Assembly: GCA_038087875.1 (NCBI GenBank)
Contig: CM075994.1
Location: 11,038,001-11,102,000 of the forward strand
Direction: 5' to 3'
DNA from: Malacoraja senta
Taxonomy: Eukaryota
Length of the DNA: 64,000 nt
In this document: piece by piece, positions 39,309 to 53,100 of the stretch
How positions within the stretch are numbered: position 1 is the first letter of the stretch
Layout: the number at the start of each line of letters is the position of its first letter
Notes under the pieces: model-generated
Database searches by the model: none
What the model saw: only the letters and a program-made list of their open reading frames with translations
Told to the model about the DNA's origin: nothing
Program-made: the position numbers and the translations under genes

Positions 39309-40202
39309 CTAATATATTGACAATCTCCATCCTGTCCACCGGAAAGTGTGGGCTCTCCATATGGATCACCCGGTATCTAGTATGGATGGCGGCAGCTAAC
39401 CTATCGCATCTGATATTTGGTCCAATACTTTTTGAGATTAATGATGCGTTTTTCCACGTTCAGTCCTAGATTACACTCCAATCTGCCGTCTCAATATGAC
39501 CTTGATTTATATTGTTATTGATTGTTCCGATTGTGTCGTTTACCTTTGATCGATTTGTTTCTATTTGTGGTCAGTCGTTAAAAACTAAGTACTGCACTGA
39601 AAAAAATCAACAACGGTTATAACGATCGTTTGTTTATTATGCATTGTCGAAAATATGCCGGTTTTCTTCTTACTTGAACCACGTGAAGTAATTGACAATG
39701 TGCCCCGATACTGCACTGCAAAATCAAGCTTCTATAATTTACCTATTTGGGCTGCATTCTTATAGTTAGAGACCATCTTAACACTATTTCTACCATTTGT
39801 GTTGATCTTCCTGTTCAACGCCTTAACAATAAGTCATATTATACGGGCGAACAGAATCAGAAACAAATTACGGGGAAACGAAAGTGAGAAGTGCCGGATG
39901 GATTAAGAAATTGAGAACCGACGGAAATCGATCATTTTACTACTCGCGATATCTGGTCGTTTCCTTCTATTGTGGACGGTAAATTTTGCTTGCTTTGATG
40001 CTCTACATTTTACCGATAATCAACTGATGAAATCTGATTACAGAGATCATTCGCCGTTGCAGAAGAAACTGGATTCCAGTTAAGAGTTTTAAGCACTTGT
40101 CCAAACACGTTCATTTATGCTGCGTCCCAACGAAACTTCAGAGATGAAATGAAGAAAATGATTAAACGGCCTCTTGTTTTACTTTCTAAATTATTGAAGT
40201 GA
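39309..40202 (+). pseudogene. GPR139-like GPCR paralogue, exon 2, frameshifted pseudogene
   Basis: Acceptor CTTTGCAG|CT AAT at the same phase-1 site. ANILTISILSTGKCGLS, FDRFVSIC, ENRRKSIILLLAISG and NTFIYAASQRNFRDE. Frameshifts (~39455, ~39530) and in-frame stops (~39763, ~39904). Exon 1 not found. Confidence 0.9.
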
Positions 40203-40354
40203 AAGACACAGCTTGACAAACTCAGGGGACATATGCACATTCAAATGGAATTTTAATTTACGATGCACAGGACTAAATTTGTAATGGGTAATACATTAGC
40301 GTTTTTCCTGTTTACATCGCTGCCATACATATTCGTATCCCGAAAAAGCATATC

Positions 40355-40655
40355 CCCCGTCGCGGAGCGGAGCACGGATTCAGCCGCGGGACTGATTTGC
40401 CATCACCCGGCGGGGTCACAGCGTCAGAAGCCTGGATCGCCTCAGCGCAGAAGGAGAACAAAGAGGGAAGAGACAGAGACTTTAATACTTTTGCCTCCAT
40501 CACAGTGAGGAGGTGCCTGGTGAACTCACTGTGGTGGATGTTAATTTGTGTTTATTGTGTGTTTTGTTATTTATTATATGTATGACTGCAGGCAACGAAA
40601 TTTCGTTCAGACCGAAAGGTCTGAATGACAATTAAGGAATCTAAGTCATAAGTCA
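40355..40655 (+). mobile_element. 5'-truncated copy of the 17941..18800 element
   Basis: Near-identical to 18492..18780, including the GAAA hairpin. Confidence 0.9.
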
Positions 40656-41364
40656 AATCACAGGCACTATTTCGCGATTTGTTTCACTTGAAATAAATAT
40701 TTCTGAAAATTGTTGCTTATTTTAACACAAAGTATTTTTCACACCAACTTAAAATGTGTTAGTCCGTTTGTGTGCGAGTGTGAGAGCGGGGGTTTGGGAA
40801 GTGGACGTGTTCGTCCAATTTTCAGTGGGAACACTGGTTCTTGAGTGAAAAGGGAACCACTGAGAATACTCGCATGTCATGCAATATCCGAGGAGAGTGC
40901 ATCAGAGAAAGCGTTTCAGGTCAAAGAAATCTCATTGGAACATCTGCATATTTGCAGTTCCATAGTGGACTGAATGACCGAATCTACTAAGCGGAGAGAG
41001 CTTATGGTAGAATGAGGAGCAGGGGAGACTCACGGGCGGACGTGGTATTGGTATCGGATGTCGAGGGTGCTTTAGACTTGCGCGTCACGGCTCATCTGAT
41101 TGGAGATAGAAGCAGGTGGAAATGAATATGGAAAAGGGAACGAGGAAATGTTATTAATGGTGTATGGCGAGATGTCACCTTAATATGCCCGCAGTACGTT
41201 CAAATTGAAAGGGAACTCCTGACATCTTTGGAAAGCCTGGCAAAACCTGTCGATACTGTAAAGGTATAGAGAATGAAAAGGGAGATGGATATTTACATAG
41301 CCTGGCTCGTTCCAATATGTCTACGCGACATTCAGTAGTTTGCGCAGAGTGGGTGAGCTGAGTA

Positions 41365-41625
41365 ATGGGCGGAAGAGAGTTGCTGCCTCACCGAGCTCTT
41401 GACCCAAGTTTGACATTCACCTCGGATGATATCTGTCTGGAATTTGCACATTCTCAATGTGACTGCATTTTCCACTGGATGCTCCGACTTCTTCCCACAT
41501 CACAAAGACTTTCAAGTTGGTAGGTTAATTGGCATCTGTAAGTTGCCTCTTGTTTGTGGCATCTGAATGGACAAAGTGGGACAACACAGAGCAAGTTTGC
41601 CAGGTTGATCGATGGTTGGTGTGGA
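41365..41625 (+). mobile_element. Degenerate V-SINE (HE1-like)
   Basis: AGAGTTGCTGCCTCAC..TTTGCACATTCTC..TCCCACATCACAAAGAC..GTAGGTTAATTGG, homologous to the reverse complement of 43222..43539. Confidence 0.7.
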
Positions 41626-41934
41626 GGCGGTGGGAGACGTCATACGGTGAAAAATATTATGCAGATGATCGTCATCAGATCAAATGTTACAGAGCGTAAT
41701 TAATGGGGGAATATATAGAAAGCTGTGAAGTACGTTCAAGATTACTGTGGAAATCGGGGTGCAACAATCCTATTACCCGAGAGAGACGGGGGATGAAAAA
41801 AGCGGAAGATCAATTGTCGTGTACGTTGAAAATCATCAGGGAAGGTGGTGCTATATCTGGATTCGTTTAACACGGGCTAACAACTAATCCAATACGTTCA
41901 CACATATGAAGACACAAGAAACTGCAGATATTGT

Positions 41935-42920
41935 AGACACAAATTGCTGGTGTAATTTACAGCGTCATACAGTACCTTTGGGGAACATGGTTCGTTAACT
42001 CTTCTGGTCAGGGAATTCTTCATACTGATTGTGCTTGTTCCTGTGTAGATAGAGGGAAGAGAGTTGAGATTGGGACAAAGTCTGGCATGGTAGGTGGATA
42101 GGTGAAGGGGGTTGATCGGCGGATGGTTTCACGTGGATAGAGGGAAGGGAGACACGAGTGCGAAGGCAGTTGGGGCAAATCGCAGGGGGGGGGTAGAGGG
42201 TGGGGGTCGAAGGGGGGAGTAGTAGTTTCGGTTAGTTACCAAATATTGAAGGGTTCAGTGCTCATACCGTTAATTTGTAAAATATTCAAGCGGAATATGA
42301 GATGGTGTTCCAACACTTACGTGTGGCATTACTCTAACAATGAAGGAGGCCAAATACACGAATGCATGTGGGAATGGGTAATCGAGTTTTAATGTTTAAT
42401 AACCGGAATATGGTGTACCACCTCCCCGACCGAGAGCAACTATTCGGTGAGATGGTCGCCTCGTCAACGCTTGGTCTTGCCGAAGTAAAGAGTCCACATC
42501 GGACGCACCAAAACCAGCAGATGACGTCAGTGGACGTGCATGCGAACCTCTCTCTCCCGTAGAAGGACTACTGGTGGCATTGGACGGATGTAAGGCATGA
42601 TGGCAGGTGTTACATCTCCTGTGCTGTAGCGGGTGGTACCTGGGGAGAGGGTGGTTAGGCTGCAAACGGATAAGGGAGAGCGGTCTTTATGGAAGCCGAG
42701 AAGTAGTGGGGATGGGAAGATGTGTGGGGTAGATATGGAGAATAATGTGTTGGATAAGGAGGCAGGTGGCTGAAATTTAAGGACCTGGGGAACCATTTCG
42801 TAGTTCCGTGCGGAGGCAAGGGGAGCGAGAGCAGAACTGCAAGACCCAGAGGAGATGTGGGTGATGATGCACCCATCATAGCAGCGGGGAAACTACGGTT
42901 ACTCAAGAAAGGGGACGTCC
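41935..42920 (-). mobile_element. Degenerate Penelope-like element (GIY-YIG endonuclease remnant)
   Basis: Minus strand near 42460..42550 reads RFACTSTDVICWFWCVRCGL, resembling the Penelope FTCxSxNLIYCIxCxxCGLxYIG motif. A degenerate copy of the short repeat lies at ~41935..42030. Confidence 0.6.
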
Positions 42921-43221
42921 ATCATAAGCACAACTTTTCCTTTCTCCTTGCTGCAAACATTATGTTACAGATTTCAGAACGTATGCTAACATTTTTTACA
43001 ATGATCCTTCCCTTGGAAATATATTCAATTTTGAACAATCATTTCGATTTTTAATACCTTTATACGAAACAACAAGTATCGTCTGCAAGAAACGCATGTG
43101 GCATTTCGCTTAAAATACCTTCTTGCATTGCCCCAGAGTAATAATCATATTGTTGCATAATAATACATGAAGCGAATGGTGTGTGTTATTGAAATATAGA
43201 TTCTTTTTTTAATTTGTACAG

Positions 43222-43539
43222 TTTAGTTTTAGAGAAACAGCGCGGAAACAGGCCCTTCGGCCCGCCGGGTTCGTGCCAACTAGCGATCCCCGCACATGAA
43301 CACTATCCTACACCGACAAGGGTCAATTTAAAAAAAACATTTACCAAGCCAATTAACCTACAAACCTGTACGTCTTTGGGGTGTGGGAGGAAACCCGAAT
43401 AAATCGGAGAAAACCCACGCAGGTCACGGAGAGAACGTACAAACTCCGTACAAACAGCGCCCTTAGTCGGGATCGAACCCGTGTCCCCGGCGCTGCATTC
43501 GCTGTAAGGCAGCAACTCTGTCGCAGACCAACCGTGACC
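43222..43539 (-). mobile_element. tRNA-derived V-SINE (HE1-like)
   Basis: Minus strand has B-box GGTTCGATCC, V-domain-like GGGTTTTCTCCG..GGTTTCCTCCCACA, and a CR1-like tail GGGCCGAAGGGCCTGTTTCCGCGCTGT. Confidence 0.85.
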
Positions 43540-43961
43540 GTCCGAACCTTTCATCCAACCTTTCAATCAAGATTGATTCATGTCGATACTTGTAAACTTT
43601 TGTGAGATAAAATATCTACCGCCATAACCACATGAAACGGACCTTTGGAGTTATTATAATGAAAATATATATCATTGTACATTAGAGCGAACAGAAACTT
43701 CTTAATGAATAAGATGTTCACGGATAATAAAAAACAGATGATAGCATATACGACAATGCGTCATTTGAATACACTTTTCTTTCTATTGTTCTGTTTGTTC
43801 CCTGTAATATTCCGACAACCAGACACCTTCCGGTCAACAGTAGAATCATCAGAGGCAGTAACTTAAAACTCGCAGTGAAAGAAAATATAGCCCGCAACAA
43901 TAGACACTGGGCACACGCCATCTTCCGCCCACGTCAACCCCCACCCCCGTCACGGATCGTC

Positions 43962-44195
43962 GCTTCTCCCCCGCCGCGGACACTCGCCTCTCACCCCCCC
44001 CCCCCCCCCGCCGCGGACACTCGCCTCTCCCCCCCCCCCCCCCCGCGGACACTCGCCTCTCCCCCTCACGCGGACCCTCGCCTCTCCTTCCGCCCCCGCC
44101 GCGGAGCCTCGCCTCTCCCCCCCCTCGCTGCGGACCCTCGCCTCTCCACCCCTGTGCCGCGGACCCTCGCCTCTCCCTCCCCTCCGCCGCCGCGG
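43962..44195. repeat. GC-rich ~25-30-bp minisatellite (CCGCGGACCCTCGCCTCTCCCCC)n; also at 1..75
   Basis: Direct inspection. Confidence 0.9.
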
Positions 44196-44284
44196 GCCTT
44201 CCAACGTTGCTTGGGAGGGAGAAAGGAGAAAGCAAATATGCGTCAAGGCGATAGCCTAATCGTTAAAGTTAAAAGATTGCCTAA

Positions 44285-45725
44285 CCGATAAAGAGCTGAG
44301 AAGCGGAATCAGAGCTGCCAAGAAAATGTACTCTGAGAAGTTGAGGTGCAAGTTCTCAGCCAGTGACTCTTCTTCAGTTTGGAAGAGCATGCAAGAAATC
44401 ACCAGCTATTAGAGGAAAGCCTCCCGCTCTTTGGATAATCGTCAGCTGACCAACGATCTGAATGAATTTTACTGCAGGTTTGAAAATCAGAAACGTAACC
44501 CTGGTACCCCCTCCCCAACAAACACAGCCAGACCCAGTCTGCAAAGAATGGACCCTGCACCATCTCCTTCCAATTCACCACTTCACACCTACATAAGGCA
44601 AGACTCCAGCATGAAAAGACTGGACCCTTTCCCACTCCAACCAACACTTCACACCCACTCACAGCCTGACCTCAGTCTGCAAAGACTGGACCCTTCTACA
44701 CCCACCCCACTCCAATCACTACTTCACACCCAATTACCCACTCCCTCCTTGCTGAACAACATCACTTCATCAACAATAAAAATAGAGGAGGTGGAGAGGC
44801 TTTTCAGAAGACAGAAAAGCCGGAAATCTCACAGACAATTTTTACCTGTCCCTGCAAACATGTACTGTCCCTGCCTGTTTCAAAGTCCCCACTATTGTCC
44901 CTGTACCCAAAAAGGCAAGGATTACTTGTCTTAATGACTACAGGCCTGTCGCACTGACCTCTGTAGTCATGAAGACACTCGAAAGGCTTGTGCTGGCCAA
45001 GCTGAAAAATATCACAATCCCCCTGCAGTTTGCATATTGGCCCAATAGATCTGTGGATGACGCAGTCAATCTGGGCCTGCACTTCATCCTCCAGCACCTA
45101 GAACGCCAGGGGACCTTTGCGAGGATTTTATTTGTTGATATTAGCTCTGCATTGTGCCAGAGCTACTACACTCCAAACTTTCCGAGTTGACTGTGCCTGA
45201 ACCCCTCTGTCGGTGGATCACCAACTTTCTGACAGACAGGAAGCAGCGTGTGAGGCTGGGAAAGCACATATCGGACCCGCAAACGCTCAGCATAGGATCA
45301 CCGCAAGGCTACGTACTCCCCCCTCTCCTCTACTCTCTCTGCACCAATGACTGCATCTCCACAGACACCTCTGTCAAGCTTATCAAGTTTGCGGACGACA
45401 CAACCCTGATTGGACTGATCCAGGATGGGGAGGAATCTGCCTACAGACAGGAAGTGTCACAGCTGGCGTCCTAGCGCCGTAGCAACAACCTGGAGCTCAA
45501 TGCTCTTAAGACAGTGGAATTGATTGCAGACTTTAGGAGAGGTTCCCCTCCCCTCGCCCCACTCACCCTCAACAACACCACAGTCACATCTGTGGAGTCT
45601 TTTATATTCCTGGGAACCATCATCTCCAATGACCTTAAGTGGGGGGCTACCTTTGACTCCACAGTCAAAAAGGCACAACAGATGATGTTCTTCCTACAGC
45701 AGCTGAGGAACCACAATCTGCCGCA
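44285..45725 (+). mobile_element. Rex1/Babar fragment, copy B
   Basis: Paralogue of 160..1475. Reads KLIKFADDTTLIGLI. Confidence 0.85.
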
Positions 45726-48700
45726 ATGGGTCAGGCAGCATCAATGGAGAACATGGATAGTCATAGAGTGACACAGTGTGGAAACAGGCCCTTTGGCCCA
45801 ACTTGCCCACACCGGCTAACAATGTCCCAACTACACTAATTCCACTTGCCTGCGGTTGGTCATATCCCTCCAATCCTGTCCTATCCATGTACCTGCCTAA
45901 CTGTTTCTTAAACGATGGGATAGTCCCAACCTCAACTACCTCCTCTGGCAGCTCATTCCACACACCCACCACTCTTTGTGTGAAAAAGTTACCGTTCGGA
46001 TTCCTATTTAATCTTTACCGCTTTACCTTGAACCTATGTTATCTGGTCCTCGATTCCCCTACTCTGGGCAAAAGACTGTGCATCTACCCGAACTATTCCT
46101 CTAATGATTTTGTACACCTCTATAAGATACCCCCTCATCCTCCTGCGCTCCATGGAATAGAGTCCCAACTTACTCAAACTCTCCCGATAGCTCACACCCT
46201 CTAGTCCTGGCAACATCCTCATAAATCTTTCCTGTACTCCTTCCAGTTTGACTTCTCTCTATAACATGATGCCCAGAACTGAACACAATATTCTAAATGC
46301 GGTCTCACGAACGTCTTATAAAACTGCAACATGACCTCCCAACCTCTTTACTCAATACTCTGACTGATGAAGGCCAAAGTGCCAAAATACTTTTTGACCA
46401 CCTGATATACCTGCGACTCGACCTTCAAGGAACCATGCAACCATCAACCATTCCTCTGCCCACCTGGCTAATTGATCCAGATCCTGCTGCAATCTTTCAC
46501 AACCACATCCACTACCTGCAAAACCACTCACTTCTGTATCATCAGCAAACTTGTTAATCTTGCCCTGTTCTGTGATGTTTCGCAGAGTGCTGGAGTAACT
46601 CAGCGGGTCAGGCTGAGTATAGAAGTTGGAGGTCATGTTGCATTTGGATAAGAAGTTGGTAAGGCCGCATTCAGAGTATTGTGTTCAGTTCTGGGCACCA
46701 TGTTATAGGAAATATGTCATCAAACTGGAAAGGGTACAGTGAAGATTTACGAGGATGTTGCAAGGACTAGAGGGCCAGAGCTATAGGGAGAGGATGAGTA
46801 GGCTGGGACTCTATTTCATGGAGCACAGGAGGATGAGGGGTGATCTAATAGAGGTGTATAAAATCATTATTTAAATAGATCAGGTCCGGGCCATACACTC
46901 ATCTCCCCACTACCTTCAGGTAGAAGGTACAGGAGCCTGAAAACTGCAACGACCAGGTTCAGGAACAGCTACTTCCCCACAGCCATCAGGCTCTTAAACT
47001 CGGCTCGGACAAAACTCTGAACATTAATAGCCAATAATCTGTTTATTTGCACTGTATCAGTTTAATTATTCATGTGTGTATATATTTATGCAATTGTATA
47101 TGGACACACTGATCTGTTCAGTATTCGTGCCTACTATGTTCTGGTGTGCTAAAGCAAAGCAAGCATTTCATTGTCCTATCAGGGACACATGACAATAAAA
47201 CTCTCTTGAACTCTCTTGAGTCTTTTGCCCAGAGTAGGTGAATCGAGGAGCAGAGGATATAAGTTTAAGATGGAGGGGAAAGATTTAATAGGAATCTGAG
47301 GGGTATATTTTTCACACAAAGTGTGGTAGGTGTATGCAACAAGCTGCCAGATGAGGTAATTGAGGCAGGGACTACCGCAACATTAAAGAAACAGTTAGTG
47401 CATGGATAGGACAGGTTTGGAGGGATATGGATCAAACGTGGGCAGGTGGGACTAGTGTAGATCGGACATGCTGGGTCGAAGGGCCTGTATCCACACTGTA
47501 TCACTCTATGACTAAATACCTTTCCCTCTCAAACCCATTCTCCTGCCCTCCCCATTACCTCTGAATCCCGTATCAATCACGAATCTATCAATCTCCTTCT
47601 GAAAAATGTCCACTTGCCTCCACAGCTGTCTGTGGCAATGAATTCCACAGTTCACCACCCTCTGCTCATATCCTTCCTAAAGGAACGTCTTTTAATTCTG
47701 AGGCTGTGGCCACTGGTCCTAGACTCTCCCACTCGTGGAAACATCCTCTCCACATCCACTCCATCCAGGCTTTTACCAGGCTGGGACAGACTGCAACAGC
47801 TTCACACCATGTCCCAAAGCTCGTGTCCTGTCCTGCATCACCCAAGGCAGCAGAGACGTTGTAGGAAAGGGCAAGCACCGTCACAAAGTAGTTCACGATG
47901 GTTTGGGTGACATGCAGGAATGTCTATGCATGTCACATCATGCATATTACTGAAGAAGGGGCTTAACTCGAAATATAATCTATACCTTTTCTCCAGAGAT
48001 GCTGCCTGACCCACTGAGTTACTCCAGCACTCCGTGAAACGTCACCCATCCATGTTCTCCACAGATGCTGCCTGACCCACTGAGTTACTCCAGCACTTTG
48101 CGTCTATTTTCCGTTCATCTATCTGCCCAAGCCCACCCTCCCCTCCTTTCCTATGTTCCTTTCCACCCATAAACCTCTCTCTGCCTTTACATTTCACTTT
48201 CAAATCTGCTCTACTTATCTACATGCATTTTTCTTCTTAACTTTTTAGTCATAGAGTGGTGCAGTGTGGAAACAGGCCCTTCAGCCTAACTTGCCCACAC
48301 TGACCAACATGTCCCATCTACACTAGACCCACTCACACGCGTTTGGACAATATCTATCTAAACCTGTCCTATCCATGTACGTGTCAAAATGTCTCTTAAA
48401 TATTAGGATAGTCCCAGCCTTAACTACCTCCTCTGGCAGCTCGTTCCATACACCCACCACCCTTTGTGTGAAAAAGCTACCTCTCAGATTCCTGTAAATT
48501 TCTGAAATATTGGTCATAGATTTGCTGCAAAAAGCTCCAAAATAAGGCTCAGGATGCATCAGAGAGCATCAAAAACCCCTGAGCTTCATGGGCCCTTAAG
48601 CGGGCCCTGGACCCTGGCATCGAGGGACTTCACGCTTCGCGCTCGTGATGTGCGCAGCGCGCACATTATTTTACATTAATTTTTTTGTAATCCTGTCATG

Positions 48701-50108
48701 CCACCCCCCATTTTGTAAAGCTTCGTACGGGCCTGTTTACACAACCTATTCTTTGCTTCATACTAGTTTAGGAGTCGCAGGTTGTTAAACTATACAATTG
48801 CCACCTTCATTCAGATAGTAAGGTGAAGATCAAGTAACAAATGTGCTGATCTGAACTGGAAACAGTAAATGCTGGAGAACCATTATCTGTGGGACGAGCA
48901 ACAGTCAACGTTCCGGTGGAGAAATATAAAAGGTTTTAGCTTCCACGTTTTTCTATTATTCCATCCCAGTAATTTGCACTTTCCTTTGCGGCAACTGTGC
49001 AAACATTTAATGATGTTGTAGCAGGGTAACAAAAGTTTATTTACCTATTATGGATCATATCAAGGTATGGAGTGCACTTAGAAGTCATTGAATGAATAAG
49101 GATTATAGTGGTCAAAAGAGGAGATTGTTTAGCCAGAACGCGGTGCATATTTGAAAGTCTTTGCCACAAATGGCTGTAGAGGTCAGAACATATGGTACTT
49201 TATAAACCGATAACCGATACAAATGCCCTTGATCAGTAAGGACGTCCAAAGCTACCGAGAGAATGAAGGAGATTGCGGTTGAGAAGGAAAGACAATTCGC
49301 CATGATCGACTGGCAGAGTCGACGGGTCGAATAACTTAATTGTGCTCCAATTTCTGAAAGTCTTATGATCCAAGGAGCGTTAAATCTGAAGCAATGTCTC
49401 ATCGGGTATAGTCAGCATGTAATTGTGCGTGGGAACACTTCACAAATATTACGGCATTTAATAATATGGATGAAGGCAGTGAACAATGCCTAAATGAATT
49501 TTATTCAGGCATTTGTCAAGATCTCACAATGTAGAGCAGGCCAGTAGTCTAATTCACAGGGAGATCAATGCAATGTTGTCATTTTTGTGATAAGGCCCCG
49601 GGGTGGTGGTTGAAGATTTATTATCTCCTTAGAAAATATGCGGCCACCGGTGGAGTTTAGATCGGTGATGGATCTTTGCTTTTTTTCATAAAATTGCTAA
49701 TTCGGTGCGTATGTTGGATATATGATTAGCGAGTTTGTATTTTATTAGAAGTACATTATATTACAACCACATAAAATTAGTACTTGTCATTTATATCTTC
49801 TTACAATTAATGTACTCCATTTATTTTTTACACTAGAAAAGGAAAAGATGGAAAGAAAGAAGAAAGTGAAGGAAAAAGTGAAAGTGTAGGAAATGTGACA
49901 ACAAAAAAGGACGAAGACCCTATAAGAGCAAAATTAAAAACAAAAGAAAAAGAGTTAAGAAATAGACCCTAGGAAAGAAAGAAAGAGAGAAAGAGGAAAA
50001 AGAGAGAAACAAATATTTTTATGAGCATTACGTAAATGGGACATACCAACTCTTCAACTATCATCCCCCCTTACCTGACCTCAATTTTTTTTTAAGTACT
50101 TTTGCACC

Positions 50109-53100
50109 CTATGTTTGTAATAATTCTATAAATGCAGACCACGTCAGGTGGAAGTGATCTGGTTTACCTGCTAGGAGGAGTCTTATCTCTTCTAGGTGTA
50201 ATGTTTCAAACATATTTGAAATCCACATATTTATAGTTGGTATTGGAGCCTTCTTCCAAAATTTTAGAATTAGCTTTTTTCCAGTTATTAACCCATAGTC
50301 CATTAGTTTCTTTTGAAACACATTTAGTTCTGCACCATCTTCCGGTATACCGAAGATAATCCATTCTGCTTTGGGTATCAGTCTTGTTTTAAATAACATT
50401 GTAAAGATTTCAAAAATGTCATTCCAAAATTTTTGAATTTTTGTACAAGAAACGAATGAGTGCGTTATGGTAGCTTCTTGGGATTGACATTTATCACAAA
50501 TAGATGATACATTTGGGAAAATTTTATGAATTTTAGTTTTCGAATTATATAATCTATGTAAAATTTTAAATTGTATTAAAGTGTGTCTTACATTAATCGA
50601 GCATTTATGCACGTGTAATAAGTATTCATTCCAACTTTCCTTTGAAATTTTAATAGCTAACTCTTGTTCCCAGTCTCTTCTGATACCCTCCGTAGATGGT
50701 ATTTGTGCATTTAAGATAATATTATACAAATATGATATTAAGTTTGCTGATTCCGCTTTTATCTGCATTGCCTCATCCAGTACATCTGCTGGGTTATTAT
50801 GATGATCTTTTGTATATTTTTTCAAATAGTCGCATATTTGAAAATATTTAAAATATTGATTATTTCCGAGTTTATATTTTATTTGTAATTGTTGAAATGA
50901 AAGTAATTTTCCAGTTTCATACAAGTCACCAAGCGTTTTAATTCCTAATCTATCCCATTGTGTATAAGCTTTATCTATAATAGAAGGATTAAACGAAGGG
51001 TTATTGACTATAGGTAATAAAAGTGATAAATTTCTTAATTTTAAATTTTGTTTTATTTGTTTCCAAATTCGGATTGTACTATGAATATTTGGGTTCTTAT
51101 TATAATTTATGTTATTCAATTTCATTGGAGAGAGGAGGATCGCTCCAATGTTTCTAGAGGAGCAATCCTCTTTCTCCATTACAATCCAGTCCGCTTGCTG
51201 GGCCGAGTTATCCATCAGTTGAATCATATTTTTAATATTTACTGACCAATAATAATACATAAAATTAGGTAGTGCTAAACCCCCTAATACTTTAGGTTTA
51301 TTCAGATGAGTTTTTTGTATTCTATGTGATTTATAGTCCCATATAAAATTAGTGATATCTGAGTCGAGTTTTTTAAAAAACTTCTTTGGTAAGTATATAG
51401 GAATTGATTGAAATAGGTATAAAATTTGTGGTAAAAAGATCATTTTTATTGCGTTTATTCGGCCTATTAAAGACATCGGGAGCGTTTTCCAGAATTTAAT
51501 TAGTGTGTTTAATTTATTAAGTAAGGGGTCAAAATTTGCCCTAAACATACCTTGATATGATCTGGTAATTTCGATTCCCAAATATTTAAATTTTTCTGTA
51601 GCTATTTTAAAAGGGAATTTTAAAAGATGTGTTGAATCTTTCGGTTTTATTGACATAATGTCACTTTTATTCCAATTTATTCTATATCCAGAAAAAGATC
51701 CAAAATCTTCAATTAAATTTAATATATTTGGTATAGTGATTTGAGATTTTGTAATGTACAGTAATATATCATCCGCGTATAAAGATATTTTATTATATGA
51801 ATCTTTAGTATTATATCCATGGATATCAGGGTGTATTCTATTTTTTTCTGCTAGCGGTTCAATAATGAGAGCAAACAGCTGTGGTGATAATGAGCATCCT
51901 TGTCTATTTCCCCTTGATAGTTGGAATTTCGAGGATAATATGATATTAGTTAGTATTCTAGCTGTAGGTTTGTTATATAGTAACTTGATCCATAGAATAA
52001 AATTCACCCCCAGTTGAAATTTTTGTAATACTTTGTCCATATAATTCCATTCTACTTGATCAAATGCTTTTTCAGCATCCAGCGAAATAATTGATAATTC
52101 TTCATCTTCAGATTTGTGTGAGTGCATTATGTTGAGTAGACGTCTCATATTGTTAGACGAGTATCTCTTAGGGATAAACCTCGTCTGATCTGGGTTTATT
52201 AATTTACTAATGTATTTACTTAATCTTGAGATTTGTGCACCCAGTTCCTCTTGTTCCTTCAGTTCTAACTTTGGAAGATTACAGGTATCCAAGAACTTTG
52301 TGATATTATTGGAATCAATTGTCGTTTTAGATGTATAGAAATTCTCATAAAATTGCGCAAATCTATTATTAATATCCTTTGGTGTTGTTAATAATTCCCC
52401 TTTATCTGATTTGATCTTTGGTATAGTATGTTCCTTTTCTCGTTTTTTTAGCTGGCGAGCCAAAAGTTTATGCGGTTTATCCCCAAATTCAAAGTGCTCT
52501 TGTTTTGTAATTTGAAAAAGTCTTATAAGTTTGGCAGATAATAATTTATTTAATTTAAATTTCAAAATTATTATTTTATTATGTTTATCTATTGATGGAT
52601 CTTTAGCATTATCTATATCCATTAGTCTAATAAGTTCTTCTAACTGTCTTTGTTCATTCTTATTCTTTTTATTTTGAAAAACTTGATATGAAATTATAAT
52701 ACCCCTAATGTATGCTTTAAAAGATTCCCATAATACAGTAGGCGATATATCTGGAGTATCATTTATTTGAAAAAAGACCTCCATTTGTTCTTTTAAATAT
52801 ATACTCGCTTGTGGATCTTTTAGAATTTGAGAATTAAATCTCCAAAACGTTTTATTCTTAGACAATCCTTCCAGTTTTAAAAAGAAAGTTAGTGGAGAAT
52901 GGTCTGAAATCGAGTTTGTGTGGTATATTGCATTAGATGTTTGGGGGATTAATTTTGTATCCAGCAGAAAGTAGTCTATACGTGAGTATGTCTTATGTAC
53001 CATTGAATAAAACGAGTATTCCCTGCCAGTTGGATTAACAATTCTCCAAACATCTGCTATATTAGTGTTGTTTATATAGGTATTGAGAAGTTCCCCAGTT

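Noticed and set aside
43440..43539. tRNA gene
   Set aside because: It is the tRNA-derived head of a SINE and continues directly into SINE body and tail.
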